A DNA stretch of 64,000 nt, from assembly GCA_003427395.1 (NCBI GenBank), contig BFEA01000017.1, positions 2,042,052 to 2,106,051 on the forward strand, written 5' to 3'. The notes beneath the pieces are model-generated. The model ran no database searches and was not told where the DNA came from. It saw only the letters and a program-made list of their open reading frames with translations. Made by a program: the position numbers and the translations under genes. Positions 25,441-36,823 of this stretch are shown here, one piece after another. Each line of letters begins with the position of its first letter. Positions within the stretch are counted from its first letter, which is position 1. The stretch comes from Chara braunii (lineage: Eukaryota; Plantae; Charophyceae).

Positions 25441-25912
25441 TAAGCCAAGGGATTTAATTTTAATATTTCCCAAGGAAAAAAATTGACAGTGACAGCAACT
25501 CGAGTGGGGAAAAATCCCAAACATATAAAAGAAACAGTGGCCAACGCCACAGATTTCGGCCACTGCCACAGATTTCGACTTTTAAAGTTTGCAAAGGCGA
25601 AAAAGACACACGTGGGGAAAGAAAACACGACTTTTTTTTTTTTTTTCAATTTGAAATGGCTTTGGGTCAAAAGGTATCCGTTTACTTTCATTGCTTTTTC
25701 GAACTTGCCGCCTTGTTTCTTTGCCGGCGCATGTTTTTTTTGCTTATTCCCTACTCAAAAAGGGACATGTACGGACTTACCTCCCCCAAAAAAAAACACA
25801 ATGAAACTCAGAAGGGAGCTCAGGGAAACTGGAGCCAGGACTCCAGGAGTGGAACTCAAATAGTGACCTCAGAATTGAAACCAGGAGTCCCACTCAAAAA
25901 ATCAATTCATAA

Positions 25913-26012
25913 GGAGGGGGAGGAGGAGGAGGAGGAGGAGGAGGAAGAAGAAGAAGAAGAAGAAGAAGAAGAAGAAGAAGAGGAGGAGGAGGAGGAGGAG
26001 GAAGAGGAGGAA
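25913..26012. repeat. (GAG)n/(GAA)n triplet microsatellite
   Basis: Directly visible. Confidence 0.95.
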
Positions 26013-26028
26013 GTCCACACTGGTGCCG

Positions 26029-26438
26029 TTGCAAACGTATCGTAGCAACTTCACCTGTCCAGCCAGGTATAGTGACAAACAAACACGTCTGTGAGCAGCC
26101 CTGTCTCTTTTGAGGTGACACTGTATCTCTGCATAAGCAGCAGAAGTCCAGGTCCGTGACATTTCAGTGGCAAATATAGGGATCGGCACCTGGTTTTGCA
26201 ACAGAGGACGCATGCATTGGGCCTCGGAGCCATTGCCTCAGGCCAGGCCCATGGGTCCCCCGTCACGAAAGCAGGTACCGGCCGGTAAATCTGCACAGAA
26301 TCCTTCGAAAATTTAAAGGGTATTTCTGCAACTTTACCCGTGTATTTAGCTTCGAAAAAAGGGTATTTCTGTAACTTTACTTGTATATTTGCCACCGTAC
26401 ATGCGCGCATGGGTGAAGTTGCTATGATACGTTTGCAA
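26029..26438. repeat. 27-bp inverted repeat pair (possible MITE or subterminal repeats)
   Basis: ttgcaaacgtatcgtagcaacttcacc (26029-26055) vs ggtgaagttgctatgatacgtttgcaa (26412-26438), 1 mismatch. Confidence 0.7.
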
Positions 26439-27108
26439 ACCGGTATTTCTGCAATTTGCCCAAGAAAGGGAAAACGAGAGTGGGAAAAAAAAAAAAAAAA
26501 AAGGCAACAGAAGTTACAGAATGCTCTGCTGTGGATAATATAAATATGTTACAACCGGCGGAGCTGCTGACTTGCGATCGGGCATGCTCACAACTTGGTA
26601 CTTTTCTGCATGTATCTGAGCCCGATTGCAGTCCGATTCGGCAAAATAAAGCCGAACTGCGAGTCTGCACTTCGCAAAAGAGAGTTCACAAAGTTATAAA
26701 CAAAATTTTTCAAAAAAACTCCCAAAATTTAATTCACCGCTTGTTATCTGAGAATCTGCCGTTCACGAATGCCGCTGTAAAACACTTCTCAAAATAATCG
26801 ATGGCAGGTTCAGAATAACTTAGTTACAAAAAAGTAATAAATACTACCGTAACGTTTTAAATTTTAATCATATCCGACAACCGCAAAATTTTTCACGCTC
26901 TTGCTGGGCCCCAGCAAGGGTGAAAATTTGAAAAACGATGAGCTTGTAAATCAACTTGTGAGTGATACAGGTCTCAGACTGATGAATCACGGCCACAAGA
27001 AGGAGGCCGCGGGAAAAAAAAAATGAAACAGGAAACTCCCATGCTTCAAAAGGTTCTACTATTTTACATTCCCGCGTTGCAAGGCATCCATAACGTCCAG
27101 AATCGATG

Positions 27109-27182
<74 letters not shown>

Positions 27183-27184
<2 letters not shown>

Positions 27185-27220
27185 GTCTCTTATACACATC
27201 TAGATGTGTATAAGAGACAG
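27183..27220. other. Nextera mate-pair junction adapter (assembly artefact)
   Basis: Exact CTGTCTCTTATACACATCT+AGATGTGTATAAGAGACAG (back-to-back Tn5 mosaic ends). Confidence 0.99.
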
Positions 27221-28013
27221 GTTCTATGCGTGTGCGTGCGTGTGTGTGTGCGTGTGTGTGCGTGTGTGTGTGGGTATGTGTGCGTGTGTGTGCGTGTGTG
27301 TGCGTGTGTGTGTGTTTGGTGGTGGTTGGGGGGGGGGGGGGGGGGGGNGGTGTAGCTCGCTTGCTATGTACATCAACAGCGAAGGGCAACACGATGACCG
27401 GCTGCTGCCCATCTACTGCGCAGCGGCTCCGATTTCCGAGATCCGGCGCTCCTCTCTACCTCAGCGGGAGTGCGTTTCCGAATCTGTCCTCAACTCCTGA
27501 GCGCCGCTTCCCTCGCATAGGGATATAGGGATTAGGCAAGATTGATTGGGTCTATCTCCAATAGGCCCAGAAATCTTCAACACAATATACGAGTGCGCTT
27601 TGGTGGATCCTGGCCCGTCGATTCTACCTGGGTGGGTGGGCAGCAACCAGCAGCGGCGCAGCCCAACTGCGTGCCGTGCCCAATGATCAGAACTACCATC
27701 TACCCGCTTCACCGGAGTAGAACGTCCTCCGGTCATTATAGCTGTATTTTTCGGTTGCACCTGTCCGTCCAAAATCCTCTAAATACAGCCATAATCATCG
27801 TGCGTTCTATTCGGGTGACCAAAACTCTCGGTAGCTCTCCTACTTGTTGATCGTCAAAAAAAAAAAAGAAAAAAAAAAAAGGAAAAAAAAAATCACGCAG
27901 ATTCTAGACGACCAAACTTCCAACTGCCAACTTCCAGCCTCGATCTGTTCACCTATCTCCCTATCTCCCTATCTACCTATCTACCTATCGAACTAATCCA
28001 CCTATCTTTCGAG

Positions 28014-28320
28014 TGACAAGAGGTAAGATCTGTCCATCCGACGGTCAGATCTGTCCAGACCGTTGGAGAAGAGACCAAACTTCGAACTTCAAGCCGTCGA
28101 CGTATCGAGCTATCGAGCTAAATTAAATCGACCAATCGAACTTCGAACTCTCGTCGTATCGAATTTCGAACTTCGAACTCTCGACCTATCGAACTTCGTA
28201 CTTCGAACTGTCGACCTAACGAACTTCGAACTGTCCACCTACTGTCGTTCCAGTGACTGAAGACAGGTAAGATCAGATCTGTCAATCCGACGGTCAGGTT
28301 CTGTCCCGACCGCTGAGAGG
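28014..28320. repeat. CGAACTT-based tandem array between two ~55-bp direct repeats
   Basis: Repeated cgaacttcgaact(c/g)tcg at 28075-28235. Flanking repeats aggtaagatc...tgtc.atccgacggtcag.tctgtcc.gaccg at ~28020 and ~28265. Confidence 0.8.
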
Positions 28321-28559
28321 ATTGCCAGGCTCACGATACGTTGGCTAACATGGGCTTAGGACGTCCGGTGAAGCCGGCTGCCTGCCGGGGAAGAATGAAG
28401 CGCGTGCTGAAAAAAGCTGTGTTGTTTCCCCAACCTCGTAAGCTGGGGCCATTGTCTCACGAGCAGAGTTTCAGGATAGGAAGGTCGTCGGTCGGGGGAC
28501 GGGATCCCATGTTCCAGAAACAATTAGCAGTTCTGTCAACACATTTCCGGGACTGCCGG

Positions 28560-29070
28560 ATCCCGACTGGTCAAGGTAAGGAACGTGTGCGCCGGAAGCT
28601 GTGCTCGCGAAGCGCGAGAGCTCGGCCATGACGTCGCCGGGAGCTGGCAATCGTCGGAGTCGGACGGTCGAGATCCGAGCTCCAGCATGGATTTGCTCTC
28701 TTTTAGTCGTTCAGAGATCCCGACTGCTCACGGCACGGTGTGCAGTGTGTCCCGATGCTGTGTTTTGTCGCCCGATCGACCCACACACGCGCTCTCGGCC
28801 ATCATGTCGCCGGAATCTGCGGCGGGTCCTGATCCCGCGGTCTCCAGGATCGATTAGCCAGCGCTCCTGTAAACAACGCGTTCCGCGGCGATACCGACCG
28901 CTTCAAGGTACAACAAGGTAGTGGGGGGGATGTGTGCGCCGAGAAGCTGTGTGTTCCCCCAACGACGTTCGCTCGGTCATTATCTTCACGTTGGGACCTG
29001 CGGCCTGCCTGTCCCGATGGTGATGCCCGTGTCGAGATGATACCACGCTCCAGCATTGACGGGGCGCTCA
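28560..29070 (-). repeat. three decayed tandem copies of the 3' end of the GH46-like gene
   Basis: Units ~28560-28700, 28715-28865 and 28890-29070 align by eye to 29075-29210 (ccgac..tca.gg, gtgtg.gcc.gaagctg, gtcgagat...gctccagc). Confidence 0.75.
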
Positions 29071-29086
29071 TACCCCGACCGACTAC

Positions 29087-29869
29087 TCAAGGGATGGAGT
29101 GTGTGCCGAAGCTGAGCTCTCGAACCACGTAGGCGCGGCTATCATGCCGGGAGCTACCGATCAGAATCGGACGGTCGAGATTCCACGCTCCAGCGTTGAT
29201 GAGCTCTCTGAAGACGGTCAAGCGAGGTAGGTGTTCCCTGATTGCCCGGTAAGGGCCCTCAGCCGTGGCCACGGCGTATTGGCGGCTTTCGAGGAGGGCG
29301 CGGCACCAGGCTCGCTCGTCGACGGCATGCCGGGACGGAGCACCCCTCATCGCATCATTGGTCATTTGGATGATGGTCATGGCGCCTAAGAAGGAGCGGG
29401 CAGGGGGTCGATCCGCTGGTCCGTGAGCGAGCCACGTGTCATAGATCAAAGCACGAGTAAGAGGAAGACGGACACCTTGGTCGTTGGCCAGAGACTGAGA
29501 AGGGGTCCAGTAGAGGTCGTCGATCTCGCGAAGCTGAACGTCCTTGAAAAGGGGATCGCGAGAGGCAGCAACCACGCTTTCTAAGAAACCGTCCAAACCG
29601 GTGGTAGTGGAACGATTGCCGCCGCGGAGAATGGAAGAGAGAGGGGCAATGTACTTGGCCAAAGGGTTGTCCTTCCTCCGGTCAGTGTAGCGGCGAATGA
29701 GCTGAAGGCCGCTCTCGTCGCCAGTCGTCCACCGAGCGAAGCCGAAGGAAATGCCATGACCGTTTCGGAGATTCTTCGCGAACGCGAAGTCCATCTCAGC
29801 GTCCTTGTTGTTGAACAACAGACTCAGCTTCTGAATCCGCGTCTTCACTACCTGACTTACCATCGCCAT
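29087..29869 (-). CDS. GH46 chitosanase-like protein (260 aa), catalytic Glu and Asp both replaced by Asn
   Basis: Colinear with Bacillus subtilis Csn motifs as recalled: LSLLFNN~LTSIFEN, LRNGHGISFG~LDDGRGYTCG, YT...DNPLAKYI~YT..PNNKLKKYL, RALIYDT..HG~RAVMYDT..HG, VDERAW~IDEKKW, WNLDRPI~YNLNGPI. The ORF is open and intronless. First ATG is at 29869; the longer 30127 ORF only adds (GA)n sequence. Confidence 0.9.
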   Translation of the reverse strand: MAMVSQVVKTRIQKLSLLFNNKDAEMDFAFAKNLRNGHGISFGFARWTTGDESGLQLIRRYTDRRKDNPLAKYIAPLSSILRGGNRSTTTGLDGFLESVVAASRDPLFKDVQLREIDDLYWTPSQSLANDQGVRLPLTRALIYDTWLAHGPADRPPARSFLGAMTIIQMTNDAMRGAPSRHAVDERAWCRALLESRQYAVATAEGPYRAIREHLPRLTVFRELINAGAWNLDRPILIGSSRHDSRAYVVRELSFGTHSIP

Positions 29870-29894
29870 CTCTCTCTCTGTCTCTGTCTCTGTC

Positions 29895-29983
<89 letters not shown>

Positions 29984-30019
29984 TGTCTGTGACTCTGTGC
30001 TGCGTGCCAACACGAACAG

Positions 30020-30092
<73 letters not shown>
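29870..30092. repeat. (CT)n and (CTGT)n microsatellites immediately upstream of the GH46-like ATG
   Basis: Directly visible. A duplicated gccaac(aac)acgaacag motif occurs at ~30006 and ~30117. Confidence 0.9.
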
Positions 30093-30094
<2 letters not shown>

Positions 30095-31316
30095 GGTGTG
30101 CGTGTGTCTGCTCCGCGCCAACAACACGAACAGCCCCTTGTTCTATTTCCCTCTCGCCAGCCACCTGCAGTTGTAACAATCTCGTAAGCGAGGAAAATCA
30201 AAAGGCTTAGCGTACCTCTCGACTGGCCCAAGCCACTTCCTTCAATCTTCTCTCGGGGGTCTCATTCTCGTTCCCTTTGGATGACGTTTGGCAGCCTGGG
30301 TGTGCTCTCCGAATGCTTTGACCGGGTTTGCAAGTGCCGGGTTGCCTTTCGAAAAACACTTCGCACTTCAGTCTTCAGCAAAGTCTGCTCTCGTCCACTT
30401 GTGACTGCAAAGTCTGCTGCAATCAGTGCAATGTCATACTGCCGACCAAATGCGACGGTTACCCTCTCGGCGACAGCTCTCAGGAGTCGGGATTTATTTT
30501 TTTCTCAGCTATGTACAGTGCACGTCCTGAGAGCGCAAAAAATAACACCTGGCAGAAGATGAACACTGCTGTCGCATCCAGGTCAGTGTTTTTTTTTTCA
30601 CTGTAGTAACAGTGTAGTTACTGTCGGCCGCAATGCCCGGCACAACCAGAACGCTGCAGCTGTACTCCACACTGTCCACAGCGCGCTCGCAAGACGATCA
30701 CGCCACCGACTTTCCTTCGTACGTTGAACTTGTCACGAGGCTAAGGTCAAATTCATGTTCATGTTCACGTTCATGATCAGTTGATGAAAAAAAACAGCAG
30801 CGCACATTGGACTTCCACTCTGCACTACCTGTCATTGTACGAGCACACAAACCCACCCACCCAGTGCACCCACCCACCCACACACACACACACCCACACA
30901 CACACACATACAACAAAAAAAAGTGCTCAGTCGTTATCCAACAGTCAAATGCATCTTGGAATCCTGGGAAGACTCCCGTGGTTCAATCTCCTCCTCATGA
31001 GTTGGTGAAAGTTCAACGAACCAGTACCTTTAAGAGTTGTTTTAGCGTACACACCCACACCCACACCCAGATTCAGGCATTCAATCCAATCCTCTGTGCT
31101 AGTGGGACCACTCCCCAAGGGCCATGCTACCTAAGCTGAATTTTACTTTCTCAGAGAGCGAGTTTTTCCAAATCATCTGAAAATATACAGAAGCCATTTT
31201 TCAAACGCCAAAGGGGTGTGTTTCACTCCACTGTCCCACCCTATAATACAGCGCTAGTCAGCCAGTCAGTCCTGGCCCCAGGGGCATTCAGTCCTCCTGT
31301 CTTTAAAAAAAAAAAC

Positions 31317-34300
31317 AGATCAGGGAAGGGGAGTATACAAACTAAATACATCTCTGATATCATATGATATCTTTAAAAAGTATTTAGCATATGTATGGGA
31401 ATATTGGCACTCGACGTTAGAAAAACAGGATTCATATATCTCTTGGTTCAACAATGGGTTGTGTTTTCTTGCAAGAAAATGTAATGAATTTTCTAAATTA
31501 CAAGCAAAAAACAGACATTTACAAGAAATACAAATTCAGGAACAAATCTTAAATTATGAATCTAAAGACCATCTAAATGACTCTTCACAAACTATCAATA
31601 TCCAAGAACTCAGAAATCAACTCCTGTCATTTGCGCAACATCGTTGGCAAGGACAACTAATCAGAGGCAAGTTGTCGAAATTCACAACAGAAGGACAAAT
31701 GGACACATCCTTTTTTGCTATGGCTCGATCACGAGCGAAACGCTCCTCTATAAATATCCTATGTGACCACGACGCTTCTCAGGATCCCACGGTACCAGTA
31801 TCTTCAGCTGAAAGTCTGAAAGTTGCCTATAACCTTTTCAAAAACCTATTCATATCATCAAAAGACCCTACTCGGACTCTGGAAGATGACCAAACCACTT
31901 GCCTCTTCTTAGAACCATTGTTCCAATCCATTACTGATGAACAATGTGAGAGTATTGAAAAACCTCTAACCAAAGATGAAATCTGGACAGCACTAATACA
32001 AATGGAGGAAGACAAGACCCCGGGGGTGGATGGTCTTCCCGAGGAATTTTGGAAAACTATGTGGCCCATCCTTTCACCCGACTTAATGCAATACTTTAAA
32101 GAGGTTTGGGAGACTGGTGAAATGGGCGAGATAGCGAGTCAAGGAATACTCACGTTATTATATAAGAAAGGAGAAAAATCAAACATCAGAAACTATAGAC
32201 CAATAACCTTACTAACGGTAGTATACAAATTGTTAGCAAAAACTCTTGCAAACCGTATGATCCTAGTGATGGCCGATATAATCCATCCCTCTCAAACAGG
32301 TTTTATAAATGGTCGCCACATACAAGATAACATCCTATTAATTAATGAAATGGTTAAAGTAGCGCGACAATCTAAGCAGAATGCAGCTGTGGTTTTCATA
32401 GACTTCGAAAAAGCATATGACCATGTCGATTGACGTTTCTTAGACGTCTGTTTGCAAAGGTTGAATTTGGTCCGAATTTGCGTAGATGGGTTAATATTCT
32501 CCATACAAATGCTACTACACGCATTCTTGTGAATGGGCTGCTATTTCCGGAAATCCATATACAGAGATCAGTTAGACAAGGAGACCCTTTGGCCCCTTTC
32601 CTTTTCGTGATTGTGATGGAGGCCCTGGGTGCCAACCTTAGAGCTAATCATAATATTAAACATCTAACTATCTCAGGTATACCGGAAGAGGCAATACCAA
32701 TAGCCTCAATGTTTGCAGATGACCTAACGATCATAATGGAGGCCTCAGAGGCAAACAAATATGGAGGAAATCAAAAGTCTGCTGGATAAGTTCTCAACAC
32801 TCTCAGACATGGTGGTTAATTGGGGAAATAAAACGCAAGGATGGTGGATTCACTCAAATGGTGTTCGGCCGCCTGAAGTCCCCAAGGTACAATGGTTGCC
32901 TTTAGAGGCCCCACTGAGAGTTTTGGGAGTATCTTTGTCTGCCTCGAGAAAACCTATATCCAATGATGACTGGATTTCAAATCCTGCGATACAAAAAATG
33001 AAACTATGGAAGAATCAACACACTTCACTTTTTGGTAGATCACTAGTAATAAATAATGTGGTTTTTGCTTCAATATGGTACAAATCAGCAATCTGGGCAA
33101 TTAGTAAACCACGAATCAAACACCTTCAAAAAGAGGTGACGGCCTTCCTCTGGAGAGGGAATCATGAGCTAGAGAGAGTTATTCCTAGAGTAGCATGGTC
33201 TATCCTCATTCAACCAAAATCGAGGGGAGGGTTAGGAATCTTGGACCCTACCCTACAATGTCAAGCCTTATCACTACAATGGATGATTGATCTCATTTAA
33301 GAAATTGACAAACCTTGGCAACCTTTGACTCTACAACAAATTAGGAAACTGGCACCGGTAGCTCCACCTGAAGTACATCCCCTTCCTTGGGTAGAGAACT
33401 TATTTTGGAACATCCCTCGTCCTTCTACTCACTAAAAACTAGAAGGGGAAAGAGGAGCAGCCTGTAGGAATCTACCCCTAGATAACCTATGGGTATCCCT
33501 ACTAAGGACATGGAGAAAGCTACCTCTTCCTAATAAACCCACAACCATACGCTTTGAAGAAATCATGAGGCAACCTCTATTTGGGAATAGAAGGATAACG
33601 GACGCTAATGGTTGTGTGTACAAAATTTCTATTCCTCCCTGGTATCAGTGGGTGAAAAAAGGAGTAATACGGGTTAAAGACATTTGGGATCTGGAAAAAA
33701 AAAAGTGGAAGTCTTCTGATCAACTTAAGAAAACAATTACATACGCGCACAGATTAGATCAAAATCTGGACTACATCATTTATTCTATCCCACTGGCATG
33801 GGTTAGAGAATTAAGAAAAGGAGTAAAATTTCAGGAATGAGACTTTGTAATGATTACACATGAACCATCATGTTGGCAGGTAGGACAAATAATGAGTCTA
33901 TTAGAAGAAGGAGCCTTAACGGCCCTGTTCATAATAACAACAAACCACTTGTTCCGACCTTCATCAACCAATCAAGTTGAGTTATTTCCTTTCACGGAAA
34001 TGTTCAGAATTAGAGTTATTTTTATATCAGCAACCTCTGGATGGAGAGTGTTTCAACCACAATGCCCAATTTCGATCCTTCTCATAGATCGAGACGAATG
34101 GGTATGGCAAACGGGGAAAAGAAGTAAACCACGCACTCTACAATCCCTAACAGTGAAAGCAACATATCTTTTGTTAAGACCACGGGTGGATGTGTCGTCT
34201 GTAATAAGAGACCGATGGACCAGACATCTGAATATTGACGCAGAAAGCATCAAAAACATAAAATTTTTCAATAAACTTAAAAAAAGACCAGCCAAATTTT

Positions 34301-35433
34301 CCTCCTTACAATGGCAAATTCTTCATCGTTGTTTACCAACTAATGATTGGCTCATTGATCACACCAATTTGGAACGACGAGGTCTGGCACATCCATGGTG
34401 CAAAGCATGTCTATCTGTTTTCCCCCACAAGAAGATCAGGGAGACAATTGAACATGTGTTCATTCAATGCCCAGGTACGGTCCTACTTTGGAGAAGATGG
34501 GACTGTGTATGGAGGGGATTTACAGGAATTGACTGGCCATGGGATTGGAAAGCCATTCTCTTGGGTCAATGGGTACCAGTGGAAACACAACTTTCAAAAT
34601 TCAAGATGATTTTTTTTGAGTTAGGACGGAAAACCATTTTATGGGTATTGTGGTACAAAAGGTGTGTACATGAAAGAGAAGAAGTAAAATTAGAAGGAAA
34701 GGAATTTGCTGAGCTGATCATACAATTTGTGCAGACAGAAATACGGGCACATTGGTCAAAGGTTCGATCTAAGATACAATTACTCCACCAAAAAAAAGAT
34801 ATCATGAAGTGTATTCAAAACTTTAATCAGGAATGGCTGGGGGGAACCGAAGGAGGAAGTTTGGGAGAAGTGAAATGGCCAGGAAAGGAAAAACAGGGGA
34901 CTTCCATCTTTGCTTCAGTGACTGGTTTTCAACTCCACCAGGAACCTCACTCAGATCACCGGAATGCTTCTCTGATCCCTTCCCTCCCTCAGAATTGGCT
35001 TTAGTTGATTTGCAATGGTATGCCATGCAATAAGGTTAAATCTCATAAAAAATATGAGTTTTCATCAGGTTCGATCTCAAGATATCTATCAGTATGATGA
35101 TATCTTGGAGAGATTCAAGATCTCATTTTCTGATGTTTTTGTAAGTTCTACTTTTCACTAGTAAGTAAAGTCAGGAGATAGGTCTGCTAGTTTTAATAGA
35201 AGTATCTGGCGGCCTAAGGTTTGGCTGAAGAGGCAGATTTCATTTTCTTGATACTCTATTCAAAGATATGTAACAGACTTATATGTATTAAGGGACGCTG
35301 GACCCGGTTTCCAGCAGGTGCAGCTCCCCACCAATAGAATGGAGCCAGTAGCTGGGCTGCTAGTGGTGGATGCTCTCACCACCATCCCTAGCAGTTCAGC
35401 CGGTTGTTTAAAAAAAAAAAAAAAAAAAAAAAA
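31317..35433 (+). mobile_element. L1/Tx1-like LINE (lineage A, FADD), 5'-truncated, ORF2 with frameshifts and stops
   Basis: Motifs KTPGVDGLP, NYRPITLL, DFEKAYDHVD, VRQGDPLAP, MFADDL, GGLGILD and PWCKAC...ETIEHVFIQCP. 3' motif at 35286-35338 and poly(A) at 35410-35433. Confidence 0.94.
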
Positions 35434-35628
35434 GGGTCTGACAGTGTATCGTTCCGATTTTACTAGATGTCCTGAAGGACGGGTCGCCTTTTTTGCTGCA
35501 TGTCCTTCTTCTTATTCCAACTTGCGTCTGTATTTCAATAGTTCATGGGGGTACAACTGAGCTAGGCCTTTTGGCTTTTTGCTGCATTTCCGGAACTGCT
35601 ATAGACTATAGACTATAGTTGCCTATTC

Positions 35629-35666
35629 CTGTCTCTTATACACATCTAGATGTGTATAAGAGACAG
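35629..35666. other. Nextera junction adapter (artefact)
   Basis: Exact 38-nt back-to-back mosaic ends. Confidence 0.99.
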
Positions 35667-36429
35667 AACCAGTAATTAGGATGGATGGCAGGTGTTGCTC
35701 CCCACCAATAGATTGGAGCATGTTCCCAAAAAAAAAAAAAAAAAAGGAGGGATGGCACCTGCACATTCAAGGTTAGACACCCCTGCCCTTTTTTTTTTTT
35801 TTTTTTTTTTTTTACAAGAAGACTCACCCCTGCCCATTTTTGGGGGGACCCTCTCTGAAACGGCCCCCAATCAGCTTTGTATGTGCCAGGCAACAGGGAG
35901 TGGCCAGATGCATGAGGTACTATTCATAGTAACCGGGGCATCTTGCGGCTTTCTGGGCAAGATGCATTCGTACACTTTTGGACGGTGGTCTGCTGAGGCC
36001 CTATCTCCATTGGTCTGGGTGGATCCGGTTCCATTTTTATTTTTTTTTTTTTTATTTTTTTTTTTATGAATCATAATATATAATACATCGTATTGGGTTC
36101 CAGTATGGGGCAAGATACAGTTTGCAATTGCGGTTTGGGCACCCTACCTGGGCAGAAAGCTGGGTTGTATACATTGCCCAAACTGCAATTCCAAACTGTA
36201 TCTTGGCCCACAGTGCAATCATAACGCATTTCTGTGACTCCCACGTAGTTTCCCCCCTTCGTAAAAAAAAAGCCCAGGTTGTTGTAGAGGTGGGATACTA
36301 GACCGATCACAGTCACCCACAGTACTTGCCCACTCTGTTGTCCAGCTGAGCTCCTCTGAAGTCCCCACCCACCCTTACTCTCATCATTTTTGCCCTGCCG
36401 CACCCCCACCCCCCCTGTCCTACCCTAGT

Positions 36430-36602
36430 GTTAAACCACCAGTACTTGGCCCAGCTATCGTTGCCAAGCCTGGATACCGTTTCGATTTTTTTTGGCTGGC
36501 GCTTCCAGCCATTGACGTCCGGTACCCCGAAGCCCGAACTTTGCATAGCGTTAACGGCCCGCGGCCGATGTATAAGCCAACTTGAAGTACTGGTGGTTTA
36601 AC
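36430..36602. mobile_element. ~175-bp MITE-like element
   Basis: Perfect 18-bp inverted repeat gttaaaccaccagtactt / aagtactggtggtttaac. No clear TSD. Confidence 0.6.
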
Positions 36603-36823
36603 CACCCGGGACCATCACCCATCACCATCTTGGCGGGGTGACCTGGCCAGACAGCGGTTGCAGGCACCCGGGCTAAGCAGAGACACCTACATCCCTGCTC
36701 AGCCCTGGTTGAAGCCGATGCCGTGCAAGCCCCTGTTGCGCACGGGGCCTTCGGAAGCTAGGGTAGGTATGAACATGCTACTACAGGCCCTTTTTTTTTT
36801 TTTTCAAATGCCCAGGGTGTTGT

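Noticed and set aside
27183-27220. Tn5/IS50 ends suggesting a bacterial transposon
   Set aside because: This is the synthetic mosaic-end junction adapter, with no transposase and no 9-bp TSD.
28075-28235. Heat-shock element array or CRISPR-like array
   Set aside because: GAA/TTC spacing is 0-1 nt rather than nGAAnnTTCn. There are no unique spacers or cas genes, and the context is eukaryotic.
29855-29863. ATG|GTAAGT perfect splice-donor consensus just after the start codon
   Set aside because: The following codons align with the first GH46 helix, so splicing here would remove conserved structure. RNA-seq is needed to exclude alternative use.
29870-30127. 86-aa ER/TDRQ-rich N-terminal extension of the GH46-like protein
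   Set aside because: Translation of (GA)n/(GACA)n microsatellites from a non-ATG start. GH46 homology begins at MAMVSQ.
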